From contig JALSID010000285.1 in the NCBI GenBank assembly GCA_026981825.1, positions 1 through 56,770 of the forward strand: 56,770 nucleotides of DNA. The letters run 5' to 3'. Shown here piece after piece: positions 31,128-40,404 of the stretch (the first letter of the stretch is position 1; each line of letters begins with the position of its first letter). Under the pieces are notes generated by a model. The model did not search any database. It was not told where the DNA came from and worked only from the letters and a program-made list of their open reading frames with translations. A program made the position numbers and the translations under genes. Origin of the DNA: Planctomycetota bacterium (GTDB lineage: Bacteria > Planctomycetota > Planctomycetia > JALXBF01).

Positions 31128-32358
31128 TTTGGCTTTTTGGAGTGCGGCACTCCGGTGCCGCTTTGGCTCTTTGGAGTGCGGCACTCCGGTGCCGCTTTGG
31201 CTTTTTGGAGTGCGGCACTCCTGTGCCGTTTTGGCTCTTTGGAGTGCGGCACTCCTGTGCCGCTTTGGCTCTTTGGAGTGCGGCACCCCCGTGCCGCTTT
31301 GGCTTTTTGGAGTGCGGCACCCCTGTGCCGCTTTGGCTCTTTGGAGTGCGGCACTCCGGTGCCGCTTTGGCTCTTTGGAGTGCGGCACTCCGGTGCCGCT
31401 TTGGCTCTTTGGAGTGCGGCACTCCCGTGCCGCTTTGGTTTTTTGGAGTGCGGCACCCCGGTGCCGCTTTGGCTTTTTGGAGTGCGGCACTCCCGTGCCG
31501 CTTTGGTTTTTTGGAGTGCGGCACCCCCGTGCCGCTTTGGCTTTTTGGAGTGCGGCACCCCCGTGCCGCTTTGGCTTTTTGGAGTGCGGCACTCCCGTGC
31601 CGCTTTGGCTCTTTGGAGTGCGGCACCCCCGTGCCGCTTTGGCTCTTTGGAGTGCGGCAGTCCCCTGCCGCTTTGGCTCTTTGGAGTGCGGCACTCCCGT
31701 GCCGCTTTGGCTCTTTGGAGTGCGGCACTCCCGTGCCGCTTTGATTCTTTTGGAGTGCGGCCCTCCTGTGCCGCTTTGGCTCTTTGGAGTGCGGCACTCC
31801 CGTGCCGCTTTGGCTCTTTGGAGTGCGGCAGTCCTCTGCCGCTTTGGCTTTTTGGAGTGCGGCACTCCGGTGCAGGTTTGGCTCTTTGGAGTGCGGCAGT
31901 CCTCTGCCGCTTTGGCTCTTTGGAGTGCGGCACCCCCGTGCCGCTTTGGCTCTTTGGAGTGCGGCACCCCCGTGCCGCTTTGGCTCTTTGGAGTGCGGCA
32001 CTCCCGTGCCGCTTTGGCTCTTTGGAGTGCGGCACTCCCGTGCCGCTTTGATTCTTTTGGAGTGCGGCCCTCCTGTGCCGCTTTGGCTCTTTGGAGTGCG
32101 GCACTCCTGTGCCGCTTTGGTTCTTTGGAGTGCGGCACTCCGGTGCCGCTTTGGCTCTTTGGAGTGCGGCACCCCGGTGCCGCTTTGGCTTTTTGGAGTG
32201 CGGCAGTCCTCTGCCGCTTTGGCTCTTTGGAGTGCGGCACTCCCGTGCCGCTTTGGCTCTTTTGGAGTGCGGCACTCCCGTGCCGCTTTGGCTCTTTGGA
32301 GTGCGGCACTCCCGTGCCGCTTTGGCTCTTTGGAGCGCGGCACCCCCGTGCCGCTTTG
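31128..32358. repeat. Tandem head-to-tail array of 36 copies of a 34-bp REP-type hairpin
   Basis: Unit GGAGT-GCGGCAC-NNNN-GTGCCGC-TTTGGCT(C/T)TTT. First GGAG at 31139, last at 32332; three units are 35 bp. No unique spacers. Confidence 0.95.
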
Positions 32359-32441
32359 CTTCCACAGACGAGTATCTACCCCCTTCATTTCGAGGGCTAT
32401 CTCCCCCCACCCTTTAGAGCAGTATCTCCTCCCATCACCGC
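32357..32441. repeat. Three degenerate 25-bp direct repeats after a TG dinucleotide; possible IS21/Mu-like transposon end
   Basis: GACGAGTATCTACCCCC (32367), GAGGGCTATCTCCCCCC (32392) and GAGCAGTATCTCCTCCC (32417); the TATCT cores are exactly 25 bp apart. Confidence 0.5.
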
Positions 32442-33673
32442 CGCGGCAGTACCGGCAGCCACGTTTGCAGATTCTGCCCCTCGCCGATTTCGAGCACAGC
32501 AGGCTCGTCCGCCTCGAGAGCGGCTTGAACCTCAGCTGCCGGGAATTCGATGAGGCCGTCCGGGCCTACAGAGGCGGCAACTCCGGCCAGTCGAGCAATC
32601 TGGCCATCGAAGTCGGCAGTCGGCTTTCCAGGAATTACCTGGCGGCCCACGCGGAGCGCGTAAGCGATCCGCACCGGAAGCTTGCCAGGATCTTTCAGAG
32701 TCGCCGGCGCCGAGGGCAGATCGACATACGCCCGATACCGATCGTCCGGGCTGGCCCAGCGCAGCTCAGATAAGTGCACGGCATCCGCAAGAGACGGGAC
32801 GTCCGCCGCCACCGCCACAGACTGCCTCGATTGCCACTCCCGCAGCCTGCTCAAAACCTTCAATAGACGTCGGTTTAGCCAGGCCGTCAGAGCAGTCGCC
32901 ATGAGCAGCCGAGAAACCCGGCTGTCCGGGACACTGCTCGCCTCCAGCTCCCCCCGCTCCGCCTTCTCAAAGCGTGCAACGTGCTCCAGCACCGGAATAG
33001 CATTCTGCACGGTGGCGACAAGCTCGTCATCCCCGTTCTCATAGTCGACAGCCCCCACGAATGCGAGGAGCCAGTTACGGGCCGGAATAAACGCGGCCGC
33101 ACGCTTTCGAAGCCCTTCACGGGCCACCAGCAACGCGTGGTGCTTCCGCGCCAGCACATCCTGCAACTTCCGCTCAAGAAGTTTGCACGCCACCCAATGG
33201 CCCACCTCCAGCATGTCCAGCTCATCCAGGAGCCCGGCCCACGTACCCTCGTCGTCGACGTCTTCCTCGTCCGCTCGCTCCACTTTCCGCAGCCAATCAA
33301 GCGGACGAATCGCTTCGGTGGCAACGCTCGCCAGATCCTCCTTGCTCGCCTGGAAACCCTGTTCCTCGACACGCGCCCGTGCGCCCAGATCAAGCCACTG
33401 ACTCCACAGCTCGTTCAACCCCACTGCAACTGGGGGCTCTTCCCGAGCAAGGCCTGCGAGGAGTCTCTTGTCAGCGCGATGTAAGCGAGCCCAGCTTGCA
33501 AGGAGTCGCAGAGCGGCATCCGGATCCTGCGTCTTGTGTTTCGGTAGGAGTTGAGCGTAATCCGAGACCCACCGGCGGACCAGTGCCTGCGATCCCTCGC
33601 CCGCCGGCGAGTCCTGTCCAATCTCTGCAAGCAACCAGTCCAGCCGATTCTTCAGCTCGTGTGCTTTCCCCAT
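32435..33673 (-). CDS. Hypothetical protein (412 aa); helical N-terminal part, beta-rich C-terminal domain
   Basis: ATG with GGAGGG RBS; plausible amino-acid composition; no family recognised. Confidence 0.8.
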   Translation of the reverse strand: MGKAHELKNRLDWLLAEIGQDSPAGEGSQALVRRWVSDYAQLLPKHKTQDPDAALRLLASWARLHRADKRLLAGLAREEPPVAVGLNELWSQWLDLGARARVEEQGFQASKEDLASVATEAIRPLDWLRKVERADEEDVDDEGTWAGLLDELDMLEVGHWVACKLLERKLQDVLARKHHALLVAREGLRKRAAAFIPARNWLLAFVGAVDYENGDDELVATVQNAIPVLEHVARFEKAERGELEASSVPDSRVSRLLMATALTAWLNRRLLKVLSRLREWQSRQSVAVAADVPSLADAVHLSELRWASPDDRYRAYVDLPSAPATLKDPGKLPVRIAYALRVGRQVIPGKPTADFDGQIARLAGVAASVGPDGLIEFPAAEVQAALEADEPAVLEIGEGQNLQTWLPVLPRR

Positions 33674-33694
33674 TGAAGCTACCCTCCACTTAGG

Positions 33695-33722
33695 ATTATG
33701 CGGTGCATGAAGTGCTTCGCAA
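33695..33722 (-). promoter_or_regulatory. Possible sigma70-like promoter of the 412-aa gene
   Basis: Minus strand TTGCGA-N16-CATAAT just upstream of the RBS. Confidence 0.35.
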
Positions 33723-34113
33723 CATCATCACGCCTTGCACCTGCCTCGCTTCGTCCACATGGTCTACGCCACCCGAACTGCTGGTCTGACACGGGCCGCC
33801 TTGCCCGATGCCGACACAAGCGAGGCCGTGCGGCTACGCCAGCCCCCCGTGACACTGCCAATCGCGCCGCTTTGTTGCAAGATCTGATCACCGATCGCAC
33901 GGACATGCCCCCTGTGCTGGAGCCGTTCGGCTTGGAACAGCAGCCAGGGCAAGCGGACTGCAACCAATGGATTGGGGTGTAACAGGCTCGCAGACGGGCA
34001 GGCCGCAGGAGACATACTCTCGCCGAGTTCTGCGTTGAGGCTGGTTCGTTCGGCGCCCGGCGATCGCTAGCCGGTAGGTTCTCCGCCGCAGGGCACAGGG
34101 CACAAGTTCGATT

Positions 34114-34989
34114 TCACACGCCATAGATTGCTCGCCAAAGGGTGACGGCTTCCGGGTCGATCCCATCGAAAGCGCCATTGTCCAGCAATTCGGCGAGCTT
34201 TGCCCGGAGCCGTTCGCGCCACTTGTAATGAACCTGTGCACTTGCGCGGACGCGCGGTGCTAGCGCCTTGACCGCTTCGATCAAACGACCGCTCGTGATC
34301 GCCAGCCCCTCGGGGCCCACGCTTGCTGACACGGCGGCCCAGATATCCGCGATAGTCGGCCAGGAGGGGCGAACGCGCAGGGCTCGGTCCTGCGTGGACC
34401 ACGGCAAGTAAGCTTGCACGAGATGAATCCACGCGAAGCCAGGCTGGGCGGTATCGTCGTCGCAAGCTCTGAAAGAGTTATAAAGGCCGATGCGCCCCTC
34501 AAGGAGGTAGAGGGCGTACCATTCCACGCTGCCGCGTACTTGCGTTAAGTGGTGGAAAACGACCCTGTCAATCTCGCGAAGCATGCGGGCGATGCGTTTG
34601 AGTTTTTCGCGACTAAGCGATTCTTCGGCAGGACGGTTTGGTGCCGGCACGCCATCGAGGAACTCCTTGTCTGCAGCTTGAACACCGGGCGGGGAGAATG
34701 TGTCAAGGATGCGTCGCCTGGCCGTAACGCGAACCCACCTCCGCACCGCAGCAAGGCTGCGACTTCTGCTAGGGTGCCACTTGCCGCTCCAGATCTGAAA
34801 CAAGACGTGACTTGCGGCGTCATCCAGCCGATCGGGGTCCTCTTGCGCCAGTCTCACAAGCTCTCGAGAGGACGCGATCCAACGCTTGATTATCCCCCAG
34901 AGTAGTTCTGCCGCGGCCTGGTCACCTCGGCGCATGCGAACCACAAGGCGAACAAAAGCGTTCAGAGACAGGCTATACCCCGGCGGCAT
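34114..34989 (-). CDS. Divergent ECF/sigma70-like factor
   Basis: Region-2-like RMRRGDQAAAELLW…LDDAASHVLFQIW…RRWVRVTARRRILD; a long insert; then an HTH-like end ASAQVHYKWRERLRAKL. The start could extend to 35127. Confidence 0.6.
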   Translation of the reverse strand: MPPGYSLSLNAFVRLVVRMRRGDQAAAELLWGIIKRWIASSRELVRLAQEDPDRLDDAASHVLFQIWSGKWHPSRSRSLAAVRRWVRVTARRRILDTFSPPGVQAADKEFLDGVPAPNRPAEESLSREKLKRIARMLREIDRVVFHHLTQVRGSVEWYALYLLEGRIGLYNSFRACDDDTAQPGFAWIHLVQAYLPWSTQDRALRVRPSWPTIADIWAAVSASVGPEGLAITSGRLIEAVKALAPRVRASAQVHYKWRERLRAKLAELLDNGAFDGIDPEAVTLWRAIYGV

Positions 34990-35309
34990 CGACCCCGTTC
35001 CGAGAGAGTGGAACAGCCCTCGCCAACCTTGTCCGAACGAGCACGCGGAACCCCTCAGCACGGCTATACCTCCCCGATTACGAAACCCTACAACCAGTAA
35101 CCTTAGCAACCTCCATATACTACGCACGAGCTGAGCGCCGGTGAAGTCCCCAGTAAGCGGGCTTCAACGGGCGCTTCGGCGGGTCGACGAGGAGACGGGC
35201 TAACGAAATGTAAACATGCCAACGAGCCGTGCCGCAACTCCATGCAGCAGGGAGACCGGCGATGGATGTCGCGACGCCGGGAACTCGGGTTCCGGGGGGG
35301 CACGCCCGG

Positions 35310-36257
35310 TCAGAACGGACGATTGAGGCCACGGAGGTGGGGGTAACGTTGGAGCGCCTGGCGGAGAGCCCAGGCGCGTTTCAAGCGTTGAAGGGGGCCA
35401 CGATTGCCAAAGCGGAGCCGGCCGCGCACGTAGCGGCTAGTCCACCCGTCGAACTGTTGATAATACGGCGCCGGCCAGACACGCCCACGCCCTACCAGGA
35501 TTTTCACCCCCTCAATGGCAGCTACGCCCGCACAAAGCTGGCACGCCCCTCCGAAGCTCGGCGCCCGGTCCTGTTCCACATCAACCGCGTCCCGGTCGAA
35601 GTAAGCGAGGTGCAGCCCCCGGGGGGCAAGGCCAAGGGCAAAGGCGATCAGCGCCTCCAGATACGTGCCGCACGAGGAGAAATCGAAATACTCTTCGGCA
35701 CTCATGCCGTGGGGGCTAAAGACGAGCCACGCGACGCCAAAACCAACAGGGCCGGCCGTGATCGCCCAGATGCCCCGCTCATGGCACACCCGAAATAGCC
35801 ACCTCCGTAAACCCACCGCGAAGAAGTCGACTCCGTCCACGAACAGATCGGCCCCCTCAAGGAACTCGGCGATGTTCTCCTTCGAAACCCCCTCCGAGAA
35901 CACGCGGATCTCCGCCTCAGGATTGATCTCACGGATCACAGAGGCCATCGCATCGGCTTTGTTCCGCCCCAGGAACTCGGTCGTGGCGCCATACTGGCGG
36001 TTGAAGTTGGCCACCTCAAAGGTGTCGGGATCTGCGATGCGAAAGCGGCCCACCCCGGCCCGGGCAAAGGTCACCGCGTGGATACCCCCCACGCCCCCCA
36101 TGCCGGCGATCGCAACGCAAGCCTCCCGAAGAAGAGCTTGCTCCTCGCCCGTCACCAGCCCAATGTTGCGCGCAAACGCCTCCTCGTACGACCAGCCTGC
36201 CCGCCTGGCCTGAGCGGACACCTTCGCCGAGCGGCCAAACAGAGCCGAAAGCTGCAC
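35310..36257 (-). CDS. ThiF/E1-like adenylyltransferase (stand-alone)
   Basis: Motifs YEEAFARNIGL, IAGMGGVGG, ADPDTFEVANFNRQ and DGVDFF; GTG at 36257 with GGAGG. No CxxC zinc pairs and no fused nitroreductase domain. Confidence 0.9.
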   Translation of the reverse strand: MQLSALFGRSAKVSAQARRAGWSYEEAFARNIGLVTGEEQALLREACVAIAGMGGVGGIHAVTFARAGVGRFRIADPDTFEVANFNRQYGATTEFLGRNKADAMASVIREINPEAEIRVFSEGVSKENIAEFLEGADLFVDGVDFFAVGLRRWLFRVCHERGIWAITAGPVGFGVAWLVFSPHGMSAEEYFDFSSCGTYLEALIAFALGLAPRGLHLAYFDRDAVDVEQDRAPSFGGACQLCAGVAAIEGVKILVGRGRVWPAPYYQQFDGWTSRYVRGRLRFGNRGPLQRLKRAWALRQALQRYPHLRGLNRPF

Positions 36258-36297
36258 AACGTCCCTCCGCTTCGACCTTCCTCCGGTGGTGGCGCGG

Positions 36298-37359
36298 TCA
36301 AGGCCCTCGCGCGTCGGCGACCTCCGAAGACTCCGACGCTTCGATGACCACGTCCACACGCAGCCCCACCGGAAGCCGAACGCTTTCGTCCAGATCGATC
36401 CAGGCTTCTAGAACCCTCGTGTCGTATCGCTCTCCGGGCTCGAAGGAAAACAGGCTCTTCGAACGCACGATGCCCGAGACGGACGTCACGCGGCCCCGGA
36501 ACTGTCGGTCAGGGAGCCCGTCCACGGTCACCGTCGCCGGCGCCCCGATCCGAAGCCGCGGCACGTCGTATTCCTCAACAAAGGCACGCACGCGACTGCG
36601 CGAGTCGTCGACCACCACCACGGCAGCCTCAACCGTCGTCGGACCAATCACTTCCCCCACCCGGCAGTTCACATCCACGACGATTCCGTTCACGGGCGCC
36701 CGGATCGTAAGCTTCTCCAGCAGGGCCTCAAGCTGACGGACGCGCGACCGAGCTGCGTCCAGTTCCGCCTCGGCCGCCTGTCGCCGTTCGGTTCTTGCAC
36801 CGGCCTGGAGCAACTGCAATTCCGCCGCCGCAGCCGCCTGCTCGGCCGCCGCAGCCAGATAGCGTTTCTGCTCGTCTTCGACTTCCTCCCGGCGAGCCGC
36901 GTCGCGTTCCCACAGAGCAACCAGGCGGCGGTAGCGGCTTTCGTGCAGTTGGGCGCGTGCCCGGGCAGCCAGCCAGCGCTGGCGCGCCGCTTCCAGCTCC
37001 TGCGGCCGCGGCCCATTCACGATCTCGGCCAAACGCGCCATCGCCGCATCCGCCGCTGCCTTGGCCTCCTGCAAACGGGCTTGCAGCTCGCTGGCGTCCA
37101 GCTCAAGCAGCGTTGCCCCCTGCGTCACCACCTGGCCGGGAGCAACGTGCACCGCGGCAACCCGCCCGACGAGCTCGGGACGAAGCTCGTACGGTTCCGT
37201 AGCCCCCTCAATCCGCCCTACTGCGAAAATCGGTGCCTCCTCCTGTGGCCGTGGCGGAGCCCCTTCCAGGCGGACGGGACGGCTGCGTAAGTCCATCAGG
37301 TAAGCCAGGCCGCCTACCAGTACCACGGTGATGGTCAACAACGCAATCGGTCGAGTCAT
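36298..37359 (-). CDS. HlyD/DevB-like periplasmic adaptor (membrane fusion protein)
   Basis: N-terminal TM helix; lipoyl halves GRVAAVHVAPGQVVTQG and IRAPVNGIV; coiled coil with GPRPQEL/GARTE; LPVGLRVDV. Confidence 0.9.
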   Translation of the reverse strand: MTRPIALLTITVVLVGGLAYLMDLRSRPVRLEGAPPRPQEEAPIFAVGRIEGATEPYELRPELVGRVAAVHVAPGQVVTQGATLLELDASELQARLQEAKAAADAAMARLAEIVNGPRPQELEAARQRWLAARARAQLHESRYRRLVALWERDAARREEVEDEQKRYLAAAAEQAAAAAELQLLQAGARTERRQAAEAELDAARSRVRQLEALLEKLTIRAPVNGIVVDVNCRVGEVIGPTTVEAAVVVVDDSRSRVRAFVEEYDVPRLRIGAPATVTVDGLPDRQFRGRVTSVSGIVRSKSLFSFEPGERYDTRVLEAWIDLDESVRLPVGLRVDVVIEASESSEVADARGP

Positions 37360-37360
37360 C

Positions 37361-38098
37361 TCATGCCGCCGTCGATGCTTCGACGAGCCTGCCCGCCTCC
37401 AGTTCGAAGACCCGGTCGGCGTATTCCAGAATCCGCCGGTCGTGGGTGACAACGATAACCGTGTGCTGCCGCGTCTTTGCCAGTTCGCGAAGCAACCGCA
37501 TCACCTTCGCCCCCGTCTGGGCATCGAGCGACGCCGTGGGCTCATCGGCCAGCAGCAAGGGCGGATCGCACGCCAGTGCTCGGGCGATTGCCACACGCTG
37601 ACACTGCCCAACGCTCATGAGGCGGGGATCCTGGTCGGCGCGACCTTCCAGGCCCACGAGTTCCAGCAGTCGCCGAGCCTGCCGCCGAGCGGCCCGCCGG
37701 GAAACGCCGGCCAGAATCAGCGGCAGCATGACGTTCTCCTCGGCAGTTAAACCGCGGAGAAGATGGAACCGTTGAAACACGAAGCCGATCGTACTCCGAC
37801 GAAGCGCACTCCGCTCCGCCTCTGCCAGACCACCCACCTCGGTTCCAAACAACTCTACCTTGCCCGAGTCCGGCCGCAGAACGCAACCGATGATGGACAG
37901 CAAGGTTGTCTTGCCACAACCGGACGGACCGAGCAGGTAGACGCATTCGCCTCTGGCAACCGACAGGTCCACTCCACGCAGGACCTGCTCTACGTGTTCC
38001 CCCCGCCGGTAGCTCTTCGTCACGTGCTCCAACCGAACCGCATCTATCGCGGAGTTGGGGACTCTTTCCAGTGGTGCCGTCGAGCTAACGGTTGCCAT
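37361..38098 (-). CDS. ABC transporter ATP-binding subunit (LolD/DevA-like)
   Basis: Motifs GPSGCGKTT, IGFVFQRFHL, MSVGQCQRVAIARA, LADEPT and VTHD. Confidence 0.95.
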   Translation of the reverse strand: MATVSSTAPLERVPNSAIDAVRLEHVTKSYRRGEHVEQVLRGVDLSVARGECVYLLGPSGCGKTTLLSIIGCVLRPDSGKVELFGTEVGGLAEAERSALRRSTIGFVFQRFHLLRGLTAEENVMLPLILAGVSRRAARRQARRLLELVGLEGRADQDPRLMSVGQCQRVAIARALACDPPLLLADEPTASLDAQTGAKVMRLLRELAKTRQHTVIVVTHDRRILEYADRVFELEAGRLVEASTAA

Positions 38099-38112
38099 GA
38101 GTGTGCCGTCCG

Positions 38113-39234
38113 TTACTGCAGAGCGAGCATGGGATCCACCTGGCGCAGCTTCATGTAGGGGGGTATAGCCGAGGCAAGGGCCACGAGCACCACGGCCAAG
38201 CAACTACCCACCGACAACCACCAGGGGATCCAAATCGGCGCCCGTGGCGTGCTGAATGCCCACTGGATGCCACCGACAACGACCATTCCCACACAACACG
38301 CGATCAACGCCAGGAAGAGCGCCTGGGCCAGAAGCACAATCGCCAGATCGCGGTTGCGGATGCCCATCGCCTTGAGAGCGGCGAATTCGGGCATGCGGTC
38401 CAGTACGGAGGCATACATTGTCTGGGCAACGATGCTGAGCCCCACCAGCATTCCCAGCAGTGTGGCCGCGCCGAAGCTGATGCCCAGGCCGGTGCGCCTC
38501 ATCCAAAAATCGACCGACAGCCGGCTGTACTCTCCGCGGGTGTACACGTCCGCTTCGGGGATGCGCAGTCGGATCTGGTCGCACAAGGCGCGCAGATCCG
38601 CTCCCGGACGGGCGCGAACGAGGATGTAGGAGCACGCCCCCGGTGGTTTGCGGCAGAAGCGGGCCGCCCTGGAGAAGGTGGTGAAGACGTACGGAGCGAC
38701 CAGGAAGCCCATGACCCCCCTGGTGTACGCGACGATCCTGGCTCGTTTCCCGCCGATTTCGCGCACCTCTCCAATGCGGGGCCAGCCCAGCTTGGGCAGT
38801 TCGTAGACATCGACGGTGATCCCGTCTGGCCGGAGGACGTCGCGAGGGTTACCTCGGACGACGTTCCAGGCATTCCCCAGGAGCTCGGGAGGCTCGGCTC
38901 CCACCACGACCACCGCCTCGCGCCCCCCACCAGGCACCGTGATGCTCGACCAACCGATCAAATACGGTGCCGCCGTTTCCACGTCGGGCAGGGCGCGAAT
39001 ACGGTTCGCCCAGGCGGCAGGGATGTCTTCGGCAAAATCGACGTTATGCATGCGGCGGTGGCCCACCCAGATGTCGGCGTCCCCGTAGTCCACCATCAAA
39101 CTGACCTTGCGGATCAAGCCAATAAAAAGCCCCCCTTGGACGTTCATGAGCACGAGCGTGAACGTGAGGCCGAGAAGGGCCATCAAGCATTTCCAAGGGT
39201 CCGCCTTGAGTGTCTTGGTCGCGATGCCCCACAT
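38113..39234 (-). CDS. ABC permease, FtsX/MacB/DevC-like
   Basis: One N-terminal TM, a periplasmic domain with ADIWV, the motif EFAALKAMG, three C-terminal TMs, ending in VDP. Confidence 0.9.
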   Translation of the reverse strand: MWGIATKTLKADPWKCLMALLGLTFTLVLMNVQGGLFIGLIRKVSLMVDYGDADIWVGHRRMHNVDFAEDIPAAWANRIRALPDVETAAPYLIGWSSITVPGGGREAVVVVGAEPPELLGNAWNVVRGNPRDVLRPDGITVDVYELPKLGWPRIGEVREIGGKRARIVAYTRGVMGFLVAPYVFTTFSRAARFCRKPPGACSYILVRARPGADLRALCDQIRLRIPEADVYTRGEYSRLSVDFWMRRTGLGISFGAATLLGMLVGLSIVAQTMYASVLDRMPEFAALKAMGIRNRDLAIVLLAQALFLALIACCVGMVVVGGIQWAFSTPRAPIWIPWWLSVGSCLAVVLVALASAIPPYMKLRQVDPMLALQ

Positions 39235-39267
39235 GCCTTCGCCTGTATCAGCTTTACCCTCCCGGGA

Positions 39268-39978
39268 CTAGGCCGCGATCCTCTGGGGAGGTTCCCAAAT
39301 CTCCCCCTCCGCGTCCGGATCCAGACCGACAAGGTACGCGAAGTACAGGAAGTCGCTGCGGCTCATGGGGGGCACCTGCAGTCGACTGGCCGGAATCTTG
39401 GGATGGAGGTAGCGGCGACAGATCTCAGGCTTCAAGACGCGGTGCGCCCGGGTTAGATCGAGCCGCAGGCCCACCGCCGGCGCCCCCATCACGTACGGAT
39501 GGGGACGGCATCCCGTGAACGGTTCAAACGCAAAGACCTCCTCGTAGAACCGAGCCTGCTTCGGATGCACGGCGATCACGATGTCGTCGTACCGGGACCA
39601 GTAGCAGTACTGCACGAGTAGCCGCGTCAGCTCAAAGAACACCGATAGCGCGATCCGCTGGTGACCGGGTACAATGGCGAACCCGGTGGCCTCGGCAAGC
39701 CGCCGCCCCTCGCTGCGCAATTCGTTCAGCTCACTGCGGAAGAGAACGTCTGCCGGAATGCCACGGCCGGAATCCCCCACCACGCTCAGCGTCCCAAGTA
39801 CCCGCGTCGGGCCCTGCAAGTAAACCAGCGTGCGACTGGTCGGAAAGGCAAGGTGGGGACTGAAGCGGACCCGCGCCGGATGGGGAGGCGTGTAACCCTG
39901 GCGGCGATAAGTCTCGTACAGAACCCGCAGGGCGAGCAGATACTCTGTCCGGGTCTTCGCGATCCGTGCGTGCATCAT
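39268..39978 (-). CDS. FeeM-like N-acyl amino acid synthase (GNAT fold), copy 1
   Basis: Motifs YETYRRQGY, LGTLSVVGDSGRGIPAD.LF..EL..LRSEGRRLAE, IAVHPKQARFYE..F.F and GAPAVGLRLDL. Confidence 0.8.
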   Translation of the reverse strand: MMHARIAKTRTEYLLALRVLYETYRRQGYTPPHPARVRFSPHLAFPTSRTLVYLQGPTRVLGTLSVVGDSGRGIPADVLFRSELNELRSEGRRLAEATGFAIVPGHQRIALSVFFELTRLLVQYCYWSRYDDIVIAVHPKQARFYEEVFAFEPFTGCRPHPYVMGAPAVGLRLDLTRAHRVLKPEICRRYLHPKIPASRLQVPPMSRSDFLYFAYLVGLDPDAEGEIWEPPQRIAA

Positions 39979-40030
39979 GTCCGCCTGTCGATTAGTACCC
40001 CCGAAACGCTGCGCCCCAGCCGTGCGCCGC

Positions 40031-40080
40031 AGTATCGAAGAAACGTCCGCATTTGTCAAATGTAACGCGTTCGCTGTCAA
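40031..40080 (-). promoter_or_regulatory. Sigma70 promoter of the FeeM-ABC-ThiF operon, with a repeated TTGACA motif
   Basis: Minus strand TTGACA-N17-GATACT (40059-40031). A second TTGACA lies 21 bp upstream (40075-40080). The -35 sits inside the near-palindrome ATTTGTCAAAT. Confidence 0.6.
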
Positions 40081-40404
40081 TTTCGGGCCCAGTAGCCAGC
40101 CGGGCCTGGTTCGCACCTCGGAACAGTCGGAGGCACCGTTCCGTTTCGCACAACGAGGCTCCGACGGGTGCGGTCCTACACTTCTATCGGCATCGCAGCC
40201 GTTCGGTACGGGGAGGCGGGGCCGGGGCAAACTCGGGTAGTAGCGGTTGTCCGACCTGTGACCGCAGCGCGAACCCCTGCACGGTGGCTATACACGGTCC
40301 GCTTGCAAGGTAGAGTCCCTTAGAGAGTGTTGACCACGCAAGTCGCACGGGCACCTCACTGACCGGCGAAGAAAAGGCACTTTATACGAGCCGGGGAGGT
40401 GACC

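Noticed and set aside
31128-32358. CRISPR array or TIGR-like guide array
   Set aside because: There are no unique spacers; only a 4-nt loop varies among a few recurring states. No cas or Nop-domain gene was recognised nearby, and the same unit occurs as a dispersed REP at 1351-1410.
30800-32773. Long ORFs on both strands across the array (e.g. 536, 495 and 444 aa)
   Set aside because: They arise because the 34-bp repeat lacks stop codons; they cycle through the same three peptides in every frame.
33698-33982. ORF containing LRPHGLRH, similar to a tyrosine-recombinase HxLRH motif
   Set aside because: No other integrase motifs are present, it lies opposite the flanking genes, and it overlaps the promoter of the 412-aa gene. 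Probably chance.
35103-35303. RiPP precursor peptide for the ThiF enzyme (MccB/PaaA-like)
   Set aside because: The small ORFs here have no convincing RBS or precursor features. The ThiF lacks an obvious peptide-binding extension and sits with acyltransferases instead.
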